Below are positions 52,270-64,000 of a stretch of 64,000 bases of DNA, piece by piece; the first letter of the stretch is position 1; every line of letters starts with the position of its first letter. Origin of the DNA: Isurus oxyrinchus (lineage: Eukaryota); contig JANJGN010000035.1 of NCBI GenBank assembly GCA_026770705.1, forward strand, positions 7,688,001-7,752,000. Reading direction: 5' to 3'. A model generated the notes under the pieces. That model was not told the DNA's origin and made no database searches. It was given only the letters and a program-made list of their open reading frames with translations. A program made the position numbers and the translations under genes.

Positions 52270-55200
52270 TTTCATGATAATCTCTCATTGTGGAAGTGGT
52301 GGGAAGCTCCATCCTTGAACAGCAGCAGTCCATGTTGTGTAGGTATAAACACCGTGCTGATAGGTAGGAATTTGCACAATTTTGACCCGTAGACAGTGGA
52401 AAGGCTGCAACACATTTCCATGTCAGGTTCAGGAGTGACTTGGGGAGTAAATTCCAGGTGGTGCTTTGCCCACCTTTCTGCTGCCCTTGTACTTCCAGAT
52501 GGTAGTGATGGTGGGTTTGGGAGGTTCTGTCTAAGGAGCCTTGGTGAATTCCAACAGTGGACCTTGCACATGGTGCATGCTGCTGATGTTAAGTGTCGTT
52601 GGTGGAGATTGTTAACGTTTGTGGTTGGCGTATAATTCTATGGTGTCAACATTTTTCATTGTTTTAGGGGCTGCACTCATCCAGGAGACTGGGAAGTATT
52701 CAATCCAACCCCTCAATTATACCGTGTAGCTGTTGGGCAGACTTTGGGTTCAAGGACGTGGATTATTCATCGCACGATTCCAAGCCCATGACCCGCTGTG
52801 GCATGCACTTTATTAATATGGCTAGTCTAATTCAATGGTATCAACCCCCCCCCCCCCCCCCCCCCACTCCCAGCCCCCGGATATTGATTTTGGAGATTCA
52901 GTGATGTTAATACCATTGAACATAAAGGGATGGTGGCTGGAGCGTCTCTTGTTGGAGATGACCATTGCATGGCGCTTGAGTGATGCGAATGTTACTTTCC
53001 ACTTCACATCCCAAGCCTGCTTATTGCTGCATTTCGGCATGGGCTACTACAGTGCCTAATGTGTCGTGAATCATGCGAAACATTGCACAAATATCAGCAA
53101 ACGTTCCCACTTCTTAACACCTGAAGGAAAAAAAAGGTAATTTAAGAAGCAGCTGAAGATTTCTGGGCTCATGAAAAGACCCTGATGAACTCTTGCATTG
53201 ATGCACTGTAGCCAAGATGCCTGAACTCCAAAAACCACAACGAGTTTCACTTGTGTTTTGTATTGCGTATGAATCCAACCGATGGAAAATTACGTCGTTT
53301 CCCATTGACTTAAGTGTTGCTAGGGCTTCATGATGCCACACGTTGTCAATAAAGGCCTTTATGTCAAGGCCTGTAACTGGCACATGACCTCGCTGGTGCA
53401 GGTCTGTGTTCCAGGATATGCTTTATTGATGTCAGGGGCTGAGTGCATTTGGAAGAACACAAACCGAGCTTCATTGAGCAGGTTATTGCTAAGAAAGTGC
53501 TCCTTGGCAGCACTGTTGATTACATCTTCCATTTCTTTGCTAGTGACTTTGAGTAGCTGCTGAAATTGCCTGTTTGGAATTGTCCTGCTCTCTGTGTACA
53601 GGGCATGACCGGGTAAGTTTTCACATGGACGTGCTGATGCCAAATTCGTAGTTACATTGGAAAATGTTGGCTAGTGATGCAACAAATTCTGGAGCACTTG
53701 CCTTAAGTACAATTGCAAGAATACTGTCAGGGCTCACAACATTTCCATCACCCAGTACCTTCTGCCATTTCAACACATCACGTGGGGTACATTAAATTGT
53801 CTTAATGCTGGCGCTGGTGATGTCCTCGATGTATCATATGCGCTGGCTAAATATGGCAGCAAATGTTCCAGCTTATTTTTGCGCTAATGTGCTGGGCTTC
53901 CCCATGATTGAGGACGGCGATAACTGTTTAGCCTCCTCCTCCAGTAGGATGTTAACTTGGGCACGAGCACTGCCGACTGGATGTGGCAGGACTGTAGACC
54001 TTAGACCTGAACCGTTGGTGACATCCTTTCTGTGTCTTTCTGTTGCTCCGTATAGCGTTTGATATGCTAAAGTCCTGTGTTATACCGTCATGAGGTTGAA
54101 AGCTCATTTTATTTTTAGCTATGCACCCTGCTGTTCCTGCCATGCCTGCAAACTTCATTGAACCAGGGATTATCTCATACCCTGAATGTACAGATAGTAT
54201 GGGGGATATTCTGGGCTGTGAGATTACCGGTTGAGTTTGAGCACAAATCTGCTGCTTCTTTTGGCCGCAGTGCTTTATGCATGCCAAGTTTGGAATTGCT
54301 AGGTTATTTCGAAATCAATTCCATTTTTCACTGTATTAGTGGCACACAACACGATGGGCGGTATTTTCAAAATGAAGGCAGGGCTTTGCCTCTACAGTGA
54401 CGGTGAAGTCTTGATTCCTAACGTTACTGTCATTTAGGATGCATCTGTGTCAGTCAGGATGGTGAGGATGAGATCAGGCATGCTTTTACCTCTTGTTGCC
54501 TTCGCCATCTGCTGTCACAGGAAAATACAGCAGCTATGTTATTTAGAACTAGGACAGCTCCATCGGTAGGGAAGCGCCCTAGGCACTCTTTATGATGAGC
54601 ATTGACATCCCGGACCCAGAGCACACTCTGCGCTCTTGGCCCAAACAGTGCTTCTACCAAGCATTGTTCAAGATGGAGGTGCTGATTCATCAACTGAGGG
54701 AGTGTGGTACGTGATAATCAGCAAGCAGTTTCCTTGCCCATGTTTTGCTTCATGTCAGGTTATTTCATGGGGTCCAAAGGCAATGTTGAGGAATCCCAGA
54801 GCAACCTCCCCCCGACTGCATGCCAATCCGTCGCCACCATTGCTGCATCTGTCCCGGTGGTGGGACAGAGCCTAACCAGGGATGGTGAAGACTGCTCCAT
54901 GCCTGCTCAGATATGGTTCCATGAGCATTAATATTGAATGTTGTTTCTTGACAAACCTGTTTGAAAACACTCCGAATTTTCACACTAACCCCCAGATGTT
55001 AGCAATGCGGAGTTTGCAGTGCCGTCAGGACTGAGTATGTTGTTGTCCTTCCAAATGCCTACATTTATGTCTGTTCGACCATCCAATACCACAATTGTTT
55101 TTTTTTTAGACTTCGTAGGCTGTTGAGACATCTGACTGTTTTGCTACCGCACTTCAGAATATATTGATGAGTGAACCATATTCCATTTTGTTAGGGTTAT

Positions 55201-55430
55201 ATGTTGCATAGATCGGGAATGTGGTGCAGATTTCATTCCTTGATGACTTTTGTGAATCAGAAGGCATTTTACACCAATGAACTTTTTCATAGTGACCATC
55301 AGAATTTAAATTCAAGGCTTTTTATTGAATTCCAGTTCCATCATCTGCCCTGGTGGCATTTGAACTCGAGTAACCAGTGCATTTAACTGGATCTCTGAGT
55401 TACTTGTACAACTACAAAACACCACACAAA
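52270..55430 (-). mobile_element. Near full-length decayed CR1/L2-group LINE with APE endonuclease, RT and tRNA-like 5' head
   Basis: AQSVLWVRDVNAHHKE (endonuclease GDFN motif), SKEMEDVINSA, LDIKAFIDNVWH; head at 55210-55430 with B-box-like gagttcaaatgcc. Confidence 0.88.
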
Positions 55431-55434
55431 GGTC

Positions 55435-55590
55435 CACCACCAACTGCATGTACTCATCCAAGCAAATCAATATCCTGACTGGCAAATGTATGGCTGTTCC
55501 TCCATTGTCGCAGCATCCAAATCCTTGGAGCTCCCCCCTGATCAACCATGTTAGCGCACCTAAATTTTAATGGAGAGCATTCCAGGATTC
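55435..55590 (+). mobile_element. LINE/SINE 3' tail fragment of the same family
   Basis: atcctgactgg...gttcctccattgtcgc...aaatcct resembles the reverse complement of 52330-52440. Confidence 0.6.
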
Positions 55591-57493
55591 CAATAATCGA
55601 TTATTTATATGTTAACTGATGTCTTAAAGCAGTCCTGAGTTAATAATCATAGATAACCAACAATTTAGCCATTGCAGAGATTTTAAAAGGTTTAATGGAA
55701 AGTGAAAGATGAATAGAGGGGAGGAAGAAACTAAATGGAAAAGAAACAAAATGATAAATATTAAATGTTAAATAAACAAGGGAATACCGATGAAATAAGG
55801 AATGATTAGTTGAATTAAGCATATAATCAGAATTCAAATTAGCATAGAAATGAAATGGCCACTAATGAAAGGTACAATAATATTACTGAGGAAAACAGAT
55901 GAAGATAACTTACATGCACAAGAAACAGGAGCGCTTGGGTAGGTGCGTGGGAGCAAACTATTTTGAAAGAGGAAATATACGAGGCAGGAGTGGAGACTAA
56001 ACGGAAAATAAATGGCAATTACATTGTAGGCATATGCAACAAATATGAAATAATTGTCCGTGAAGTGGCCTTACATAAAAGAGTTTGCAGCGTTGCATAA
56101 AATTACAATGAAAATTTACAAAAAAAAAAATGGTAAATGGTGACGGCATAAAGGGTTCATTTGCAATTTGATAACAAGGCACACTAAGCTTAGTCAGTCA
56201 ACATTTTTTTAGATGCAATAATTAGCTTCCACAATGCAAGCATAATGCACAGATTGGGCAATAAAGGTGTTGAGCAAAATGAACGATAACCTAATGATGA
56301 ATGTCGAAGGAAACAAAGATACCTGATTCAATTGTGCGAGTGAATATGGAAGATTAGTAAATGTCCGAATTATTGGGCGGCAGAGTTCTTTGATGATCGT
56401 AAATCAGAAGCACGTGTCAGATTGAGATGGAGGAGAGCTCAAGGGTACGTTTGAACAAAATATGACAATTTCAAATCCTTGCATTCCATGTCCCATAACA
56501 GAGTAGTTCAAAAGCAAGGGAGTAATGAGTGAACTGGAAATATTGCAGGTAAACTGAAGGCAACGTATCATCGTTCTAATGAGATGCACGATTATATCTT
56601 CTGAAAGTCATGAAGAGAAATCGAGGCGGTTAGTGGGCATACTGGAGTTCATTGAGATTTCGGCATGGGGTGTGTGTTAATGTGTGGTGGATTTGGACGG
56701 GTGTACTGGGTCCCATTGTGGTAGGGGAAGATGCGTGGGGTGTCTGACATTTTGGTACAATGGTTGCATAAAATCTGGAAGTGGCTTTCATCTTGTTTCA
56801 CTTTTTTGTGCATAACGATTGCAAACAAGCCTTCAGGAAAAAGTTTGCGAAAGGGTAAAATTTGCATGGTACATTTTTGTTCATTTTTATGTTGTATGAA
56901 TCCTACCTATTCTACGACAGATCCTAAGTGCTCATCAATTTTGGGGTGTGAACTGATGCACAATTAGAGGAAGGACATCTGCAAAGGAAAACCTTTGAAC
57001 ATATAAACGCAAAGAAATGAAATTGGAATGTTGCATTCTGAGTATCCCGCCACAAATCTTACTTTGGCTGTTGGTGGCACTCTTTTCTGTGCTCCCAGGG
57101 AGGTGAAAGACGACCTGACCACTAATGTCAGCACACCTAAACAGAAGAAAATTAACATTGTGACATTTATTGTTAAACCAGCTTTTGTGGATGGAGAAAT
57201 GAACTACGAATTTGATGTAGATAGAGCACTCATCTTGCATGGTCAGATATCAGCCCGTACAGTTAGATTAATACATATCAGTGTACAATTTAACCAACAG
57301 CATTAAATGCTTCGGAAACCGTCCGAACGTTTTGTCAAAATAAACGAAAAAATGTGTAATTTTATTTCATAATTATAGTATTGACACCGTTCACACCAGG
57401 GACGTTAAACAAAATAATTTGTTGATACTAGATATATTTATACACATATTTCTGTAGAACGTGTTAATTTTCACATGCATAGATGGCATACAG

Positions 57494-57708
57494 AATTACC
57501 TGGAAAAACTCAGCAAGTCTGGCAGCATCGGCGGAGAAGAAGAGTTGCCGTTTCGAGTCCTCATTAGCCTTGCAAAGGAAGGGTCATAAGGACTTGAAAC
57601 GTCAACTCTTTTCTTCTCCGCCGATGTTGCCAGACCTGCTGAGTTTTTCCTGGTAATTCTGTTTTTGTTTTGGATTTCCAGCATCAGCAGTCTTTTTTGT
57701 TTTTTATC
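57494..57708 (+). mobile_element. Penelope-derived ~215 bp hairpin element with 14-bp TSD
   Basis: Arms ~57491-57573 and ~57583-57661 are near-perfect reverse complements; flanks tagatggcatacag (57480) and tagagggcatacag (57709). Confidence 0.92.
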
Positions 57709-57943
57709 TAGAGGGCATACAGTACTGTCTATAACTTGATTTCGGTCCGACAGTGAAACGGAGATTTATTTATCCTCAGCATAGCTCCATTCCAGATCAT
57801 TTTCTCTTTCATTTTTAAAACGAACCGTTCCCCCAACGAGCTCCACTTCTGAAGAAATTCATTTCAAGCACATTTTCCTAAGCAAACGCCGATACGCCGA
57901 TTAATGCAGACATTGTATTAGCTCACACTGCTCTCGCACTCCA

Positions 57944-57946
<3 letters not shown>

Positions 57947-57979
<33 letters not shown>

Positions 57980-58000
57980 TATATATATGTTTATATATAT
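57947..58000. repeat. (TA)n microsatellite
   Basis: Directly visible. Confidence 0.97.
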
Positions 58001-61000
58001 AATATTTGCCTCACAAGATTCTCCGGATCGTTTGACCATTTGCAAGTTCGAAGAGCATTCTTTCTCTTTCGTTTCCGCTCATTTTGCATGTCACTGCAAA
58101 TCAAAATTGTTTCTACAACTTATTTCCAAATACCCTTGAATACAACCCTCAACATCTGTCCGCTTCTCGCTTAAAAAAATGATCTGGTGTGTATCGAAGT
58201 CCCATTTATTTCATTATGTTGAAACGTTTCAGTTTTAAACATCAACATTCTTTAATTTTTATTTGAAGCTGATTCAAATTCAAGGCCAGAGAAGTATCAT
58301 TCGAAAACTGATAATTTTCCCTCCCAATGCCTCTTCATTTTCACCTTAACATTTGTTGAACGAATAATACGATGTGAAATATAAACAACGGGTTCCCCTA
58401 AAGAGAATTGGTCCCCATGGCACAGCAGCAGCAGCCCCGGATATATGACCTTATAGTTGGAAGATTGCATTGATCAAAGATCTCCAAACCAGCACATTTT
58501 AGCGGTGCTCAGAACATTGATCTTGTTTTCACATGTGTCTTATAGGAAGACGTAAAATATAATTGACGATATGAAGTTATAATGAAAAATCATTTTTTTA
58601 CAGCTCACGCCGCATCCATACCAACTGCGGATTGTAAAAAAAAAAGAGCCAAATTTCCTATTCACATTATTAGAACAATTACCTGGGATTAGCATAGAGA
58701 TAACAGGCTGAGTGCTTTCCAAGTCTTTTGTTCACGTCCCAAATATGGAGTCCACCCATCCACCAATAAAGGAAGAAAATCAACCTTCTGGTGAATTATG
58801 ACGGTGTCACAAATCAGAACTCTTAAAAAATGTCTGAGACATGCCCTTTGGAAGCTATTTCACTTTCAAATTTACTCCAGTGCTTATTAGCATGGCCTTT
58901 CCTTTGTAGCCAAACAGTTTTTTGGCTTAGTCATTTGTGACCATGGATGTTTTAGATGCATGCTCATTCGAGAGAATTTACAAAATTTTCAAGCTTTCAT
59001 CTCCCGTTGGTTTTGCATTGATTGATTTAAAAAAAAACCTCTGGTGTTTTTGATGTCTGTGCTTCTGAGCTCCTTGCAGCAAATTGTTCAAAAAAAAAGT
59101 GTGCAACAATTATTTTAAAAACTCTTCCTCAGACAATGAGTTTCAAGTATTTTAGCAACTCTGAGTTTAGATTTTAATTGAATATTTTTATCAATCAATT
59201 TGCGTCATTCATTGCTATAAAAGTTAATGTAATGAAAATTGGGAATGTTCATGTGTACTTTCACTACCATGCATCCCGCGTCTGGATAGTTAAAGTCGTT
59301 TTGACATCGAATATGGTTTTACTGCATTAATCAGCGTGCTGACAAACTGACAAATCATGTTAATAAGTATGTCCCAAACGTGCGATTATCAGAATCAAGA
59401 TGTGGATGCTCCGTCAGAATGTAAGTCCTGCATGGAAAACAGGGACAGCATCGCACCCACTCGCATGAAAGAAGATCCCGAAGAAATGCTGCGCAAAATG
59501 ACTGTTGACCATATTGATAGGATCAGGCACGCACCCGGTTAGATTTTTTTTTTACTAGGAAAACCACCAGTATGAACATGTAATGCAGCAAAAATAACAG
59601 CATAATTTCAGCCCTGTCTCATTGTCTTGCAGTTTTGGGTTCCACTGAAAAGCCTAATACAAACCTCTGCCGCTGTTATAGAGCATGTTGCACATGCTGA
59701 GGGTGGTTCAAACCTCCTGTATTGACCTTACATTCAAGGACTGTTCACTCATTCCTTCGCCCCTTGCTTTCCACAGTTAACATCCTATTGGATCAGTTTC
59801 CCTGATTCTCTTGAGCCATTAGGTGCTTTATCATTTCACTTCCTCAAAGATGTTCACAGAGTTACATTTCTCCTATAATGAAAAGGAACGCAGAGACCGT
59901 ACAAACGCTCTTCCATCATGTGGCACAAAGTTAAATCCACTGAAGTTCTGGTGAGGGTAATTTGATGATCTTATCTGATTCTCCTCATGCTTGTTTCCCT
60001 CTCTGTTCCACTAGAACACTACACCACTCGGTACCTGTACATTGCAACGATTCCTCTCTCGTTATCACGTTCCTTCCACACCACCTTGGCCCTACACGGC
60101 CCTCGCTTTCGAGGGTGAAATTCAAACAATCGATGGCAGAAAACGCTCATGTGTTAATGACTTCACGAATTTCTGTAAACGACAATCGACGATATTGGTC
60201 TTTCACCAGCTTCTCACTATTAGGCACAGGGCTTTTTCTTTTCACCAGTTCAGCACTCGCATACTCTCATATTTTAAGATCATGAAATACAAGCAAACAT
60301 GAAACCAATGATTGCCAGCCTCATCCAACCATGTTTCCCTCTTCTGAACTGAGGCATTGAGTACAATCATGGCTGTCCTAATGCCTCCAATTAAAAATGC
60401 TGGACAGTCGCTTTACTCCATCAAAACGAGATTCATTTTCGCCTTCATTTTGCGCACTTTTGGAGCATGCACATTACATTGGCTAGAAAATCCCAGAGTT
60501 TAACTGCCCTTTCAGTAAGGAAGTGTCATCCAATCGCTCTGACAAACACTTGACCAAACTGCAGCTACTTTTTTAGTACCCGTGTTCCATCTGTGTTTCT
60601 AGAATTAAATTCACAGTTTACCCCTACACTGTGAAAGCCTCCAGAACCTTGAAAGTCTCAACCCCTGGCAGTCTCGGTGATTTTACATTAAAAATCATGG
60701 TTCATTAAAACATTCACAGTAACACATTTCAAATTATCTTGGAAAAACATTCTGAGATCATTGTCCTTGAAAGGTTGTGCTATATACTGCAAAACATTTT
60801 TTCCACCATTGTCCTTATTTTACCTGATTGTATTTGTAAATTTTATCCTCCCATGCACAACAAATCACTTAGAAACTGTAGCTAACCGGCGGTATATTCC
60901 TTTGGAAATAAGTATGTGTTCTATGACAGATCAAGGCGTTAATCAAACAGACTGGTGATTATATGAATTTGTGTAGATTAATGCAAAAGCATTTGGGAGG

Positions 61001-61649
61001 TAAAGAAGAGGCAAGTGGAAAGGCAGAATAGAGAAATCGTGAAATATGTAATTATGTTAGTTGGTTCATCTTTCCCTCTTTTTTATGAATTACTTGATAT
61101 AACACAAGCAAATCTCTCGTTCACCTTCAATTATCTTGCCGGCGACTGTACCAACAGCGATTTGTTTTTACCAATCCTGTTGCATAGGTGAACATAATAC
61201 TGAGCTTAAATGAAGTGAGCTGACGCGGTCTAAGATGCATCATTCGAATGACACAGAATTACATCATAGCGGTGATCATGCTTAAACAAACGGGGAACAT
61301 GCGGATGACAAGAGTACACAAGAATTCCTACACAGTTAAACAGAAAATAAGGTACATCAGAAAATACAATGGATAGTGACCTACGATTGAATTGTTTAGA
61401 TACCTTTTATTTAATGCATTCAGTGTATGCAAATTTATCTTAAGGGAAATTGAGTATACTTGTGGAATCAGCGAAATTACCTAATTTAATCAAGTGCTGG
61501 CTCAAACATTAACTTTAGGTGGTTGCTTTCACCACGTCATTTTGCGTCGCCTGTTTGTAAAATTTAATAGGAATTATTCCAATATGTGATTTGGTGATTT
61601 TGTACTCGTGATCAAAAGCCCCTGCACTTTGGCCTCCTGAGGCATATAT

Positions 61650-62600
61650 GCATAGCATAATTGCGGCACACAGGAGTCTCTACAGGGAAATCGTCTCATT
61701 CCTTCCACTATGCTCTTTGAAGTTGGCTCCGAAATGAATTCACCTTTAGAGCTATCTCTTTTGATATTGAATCACCGACTTAGGCAGCGTTTTCCACGTT
61801 ATGACAAATTGCAGCATGGCGAAGATATCTCACATTATTGTGGTATTTCACGTTCAGATATTTAAGTATATTTATACTTATTCATCTCTCAAAACGTAAT
61901 AAGCATCACGTCTTGTTTACTATTCTCATCTAAGAAAGTAATAATCGTGCAATTATTCCATCTGACCAGAATCACTTTCAGTCCAATGAAAATAATCATA
62001 TCTTCTCCAAGTTACTGTGAAACTGCATTCCACTGTCCCTGGAGCAAAGCGTAAATGTCCTCGCTGCCTTTTCAAGTATCTAAACATCCTTCCCAAAGTG
62101 GAGTTAACTGCACAGGACGCAATAAACGACTTGAGAAAAATCAGATATTCCTTGCTTTCAAAAAAAAGCAGCTCCGTTTTTGTGCACAAAGCGTCAAATT
62201 GTGAAACGATTCATTTCCATATACTAGGATAATTGCTCTCTGAATGAGCCTTTCCAACTTTGATATCATGCACCTAAACTACCTGATCCCTCTGCCCTTG
62301 ATTGGTCTTTAAAATTTGCAACATAATTTATCGTCTTGTCACTGTTAGGAAAATATTTCTCTTCACAATACTCAGTATTAAATATCATCTGCCGCATGTC
62401 TTACTTTTCTGCTTGGCTCAGTCCTGCTGTGATTCTCTCTATGAGTGCCACCTGCAACATTATTTAAAAAACAACTTGATGTGTCTAACTTGCCTTCCAA
62501 TACAAGGCTTTTTAGCAAATAATCATGTACAATCTGATAATGCCAATTCTGTATCACGATCCTCGAACTTGTTAAACATTTTTTAATGTGGCATCAGATA
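61650..62600 (-). mobile_element. Very decayed CR1 fragments
   Basis: Antisense CR1-like segments (ttaggcagcgtttttccac, atcatctgcc). Confidence 0.45.
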
Positions 62601-62939
62601 ATCAAATACATTATGCAATTACGCAGATTTTTTTCATGAATCCGAGCTCGAATAACATAGTTAATTGCAACCTCTCCCGAAATTTGACGCTTTATTTCAT
62701 AATTATAATAATGAAACCCTACACGCAATGAACGTTTAGAGAAGTAACTTGTTATTATCCAGTATGTCGTTACACATAGTTCTATATAAGCTAATAGCAT
62801 GTGATACATTCACCTGTATGGAATGTATATCTTAGCCCCTGTGACTAGAATGACAGCCCACATGAAATGCAGCTTTATTTATTCTAAGCAAAGCGAGGCA
62901 TTCCAAAACATTTTCTACTTCGGTTTTCAACCATTTTCA

Positions 62940-64000
62940 TACCATTTTTTATACCATCATGTACATATGTCTCATGCATATAGAAATGCATGAGGATCTT
63001 GATCACTAGTACGAAATCACTCTAATAACATTAGTGGAATTATTTGCATTACAGTTCACAGGATTGGTTCCAACATCTTTCTCCTCTTCTGAAGCACTCA
63101 TTTCAAGGATATTTCAGTAAGTAAACACCGATAAAATGTACTAATTATATATTCTCACATTGTTCTTTACCTCCATGGATATATAATAATTGTTATCCCT
63201 CTTAGCGCCACTGACAGATTATCCCAATCTGCTGATTATTAGAACGTTCTATGAATGTTATTCCTTTTTGTTTCCCATTCCTGTTTAACGTCTTCCAAAT
63301 CAAATATTATGTTAAAACTTTACGTTATCATATTCTACCTTTCCACTCTCAACTTCAGCGTTTTGGACTGCTTGTCATATACGAAATTGATCTGGTATGC
63401 CTCGAACACCCCTTTATTTATTTAACGTTATTACATTAAAGTCTTGTACATCATACTTTGTTCATTTTTAGTCGGGTCTGATTCCCCTTGCTCCCAGAGA
63501 AGTATCATTCTAATAAGGGAAAATATCTACTTTAGAATGCCTCCTCCTTTTCTCCATCACATTTGTTAACATAATTATACGATGATAAACAAAAAGCAAT
63601 GGTTCACCGATAGACACTTGGTCCTAATGGCACACCTTATTCTACAGAAGAAGCATCCCTGGTCAAAAGACCTTCGTAGTTGTAACATGAAAGCATTGAT
63701 AAAAGAAGTCCAAAAGGACAAATATTGGCAGAGCTCATATCACTGATCTCCCTTCCATATGTTTCTTACAGAAGTATTGAAAGTATAATTGACTATATGT
63801 TCTAATAAAGAAAAATCATTTTATTACATCTGAGGCCACATAGATACACATTGCAGATGGCAAGATAAAAAAAGAGCCATAATTTCCCCCGCAGTTTGTT
63901 CGAATAATGCTCTCGGGTTAGAGCACAAACAAAAGGATAAGCATTATCCAAAACTTTGTTTGCGCCACAAACACGTAATCAGCCCCAGTGCACCAGAGAA
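62940..64000. repeat. Second old tandem duplication, copy 2 (runs off window)
   Basis: Colinear with 57440-58760, lacking the hairpin element and the (TA)n expansion. Confidence 0.9.

Larger units (their letters stand above)
57440..58760. repeat. Second old tandem duplication, copy 1
   Basis: Anchors cttctgaag, tcatttcaag, caaatcaaa, tgatctggt, ccagagaagtatcattc, tataattgac, gaaaaatcatttt, aaaaaagagcca shared with 62940-64000. Confidence 0.9.

Noticed and set aside
58300-59880. TANGO1/cTAGE-like gene (VPWGP motif plus a coiled-coil exon-like piece)
   Set aside because: Similarity is limited to a few residues across frameshifts and cannot be supported without a search.
1-64000. CRISPR array, prokaryotic operon or intact viral genes
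   Set aside because: No regularly spaced repeats, no long ORFs, and no recognisable viral hallmark motifs; content is eukaryotic repeat DNA.

Overview
This is repeat-rich, AT-rich vertebrate DNA. The repeat families (CR1 LINEs with ATTCTATG tails, Penelope-like RT/GIY-YIG elements, Harbinger transposons, tRNA-headed SINEs) most resemble those of a cartilaginous fish, which is an inference. I see no intact host protein gene, rRNA, true tRNA or CRISPR array. Much of the window is decayed mobile DNA: two Harbinger relics (transposase plus Myb/SANT partner), many CR1/L2-group fragments, a 2.8 kb palindromic Penelope-like element and tiny hairpin derivatives with hammerhead-like cores. The non-TE sequence is the most interesting part. 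An old ~4.4 kb tandem duplication (about 5.7-10.1 kb vs 13.0-17.4 kb) carries a minus-strand multi-exon pseudogene of a protein I cannot assign, with splice sites kept in both copies and a 4-copy internal module. There is also a second duplication (57.4-58.8 vs 62.9-64 kb), a 0.5 kb unit inserted inside a CR1, and several decayed coiled-coil-like reading frames. All alignments were made by eye, and boundaries of old repeats are approximate.
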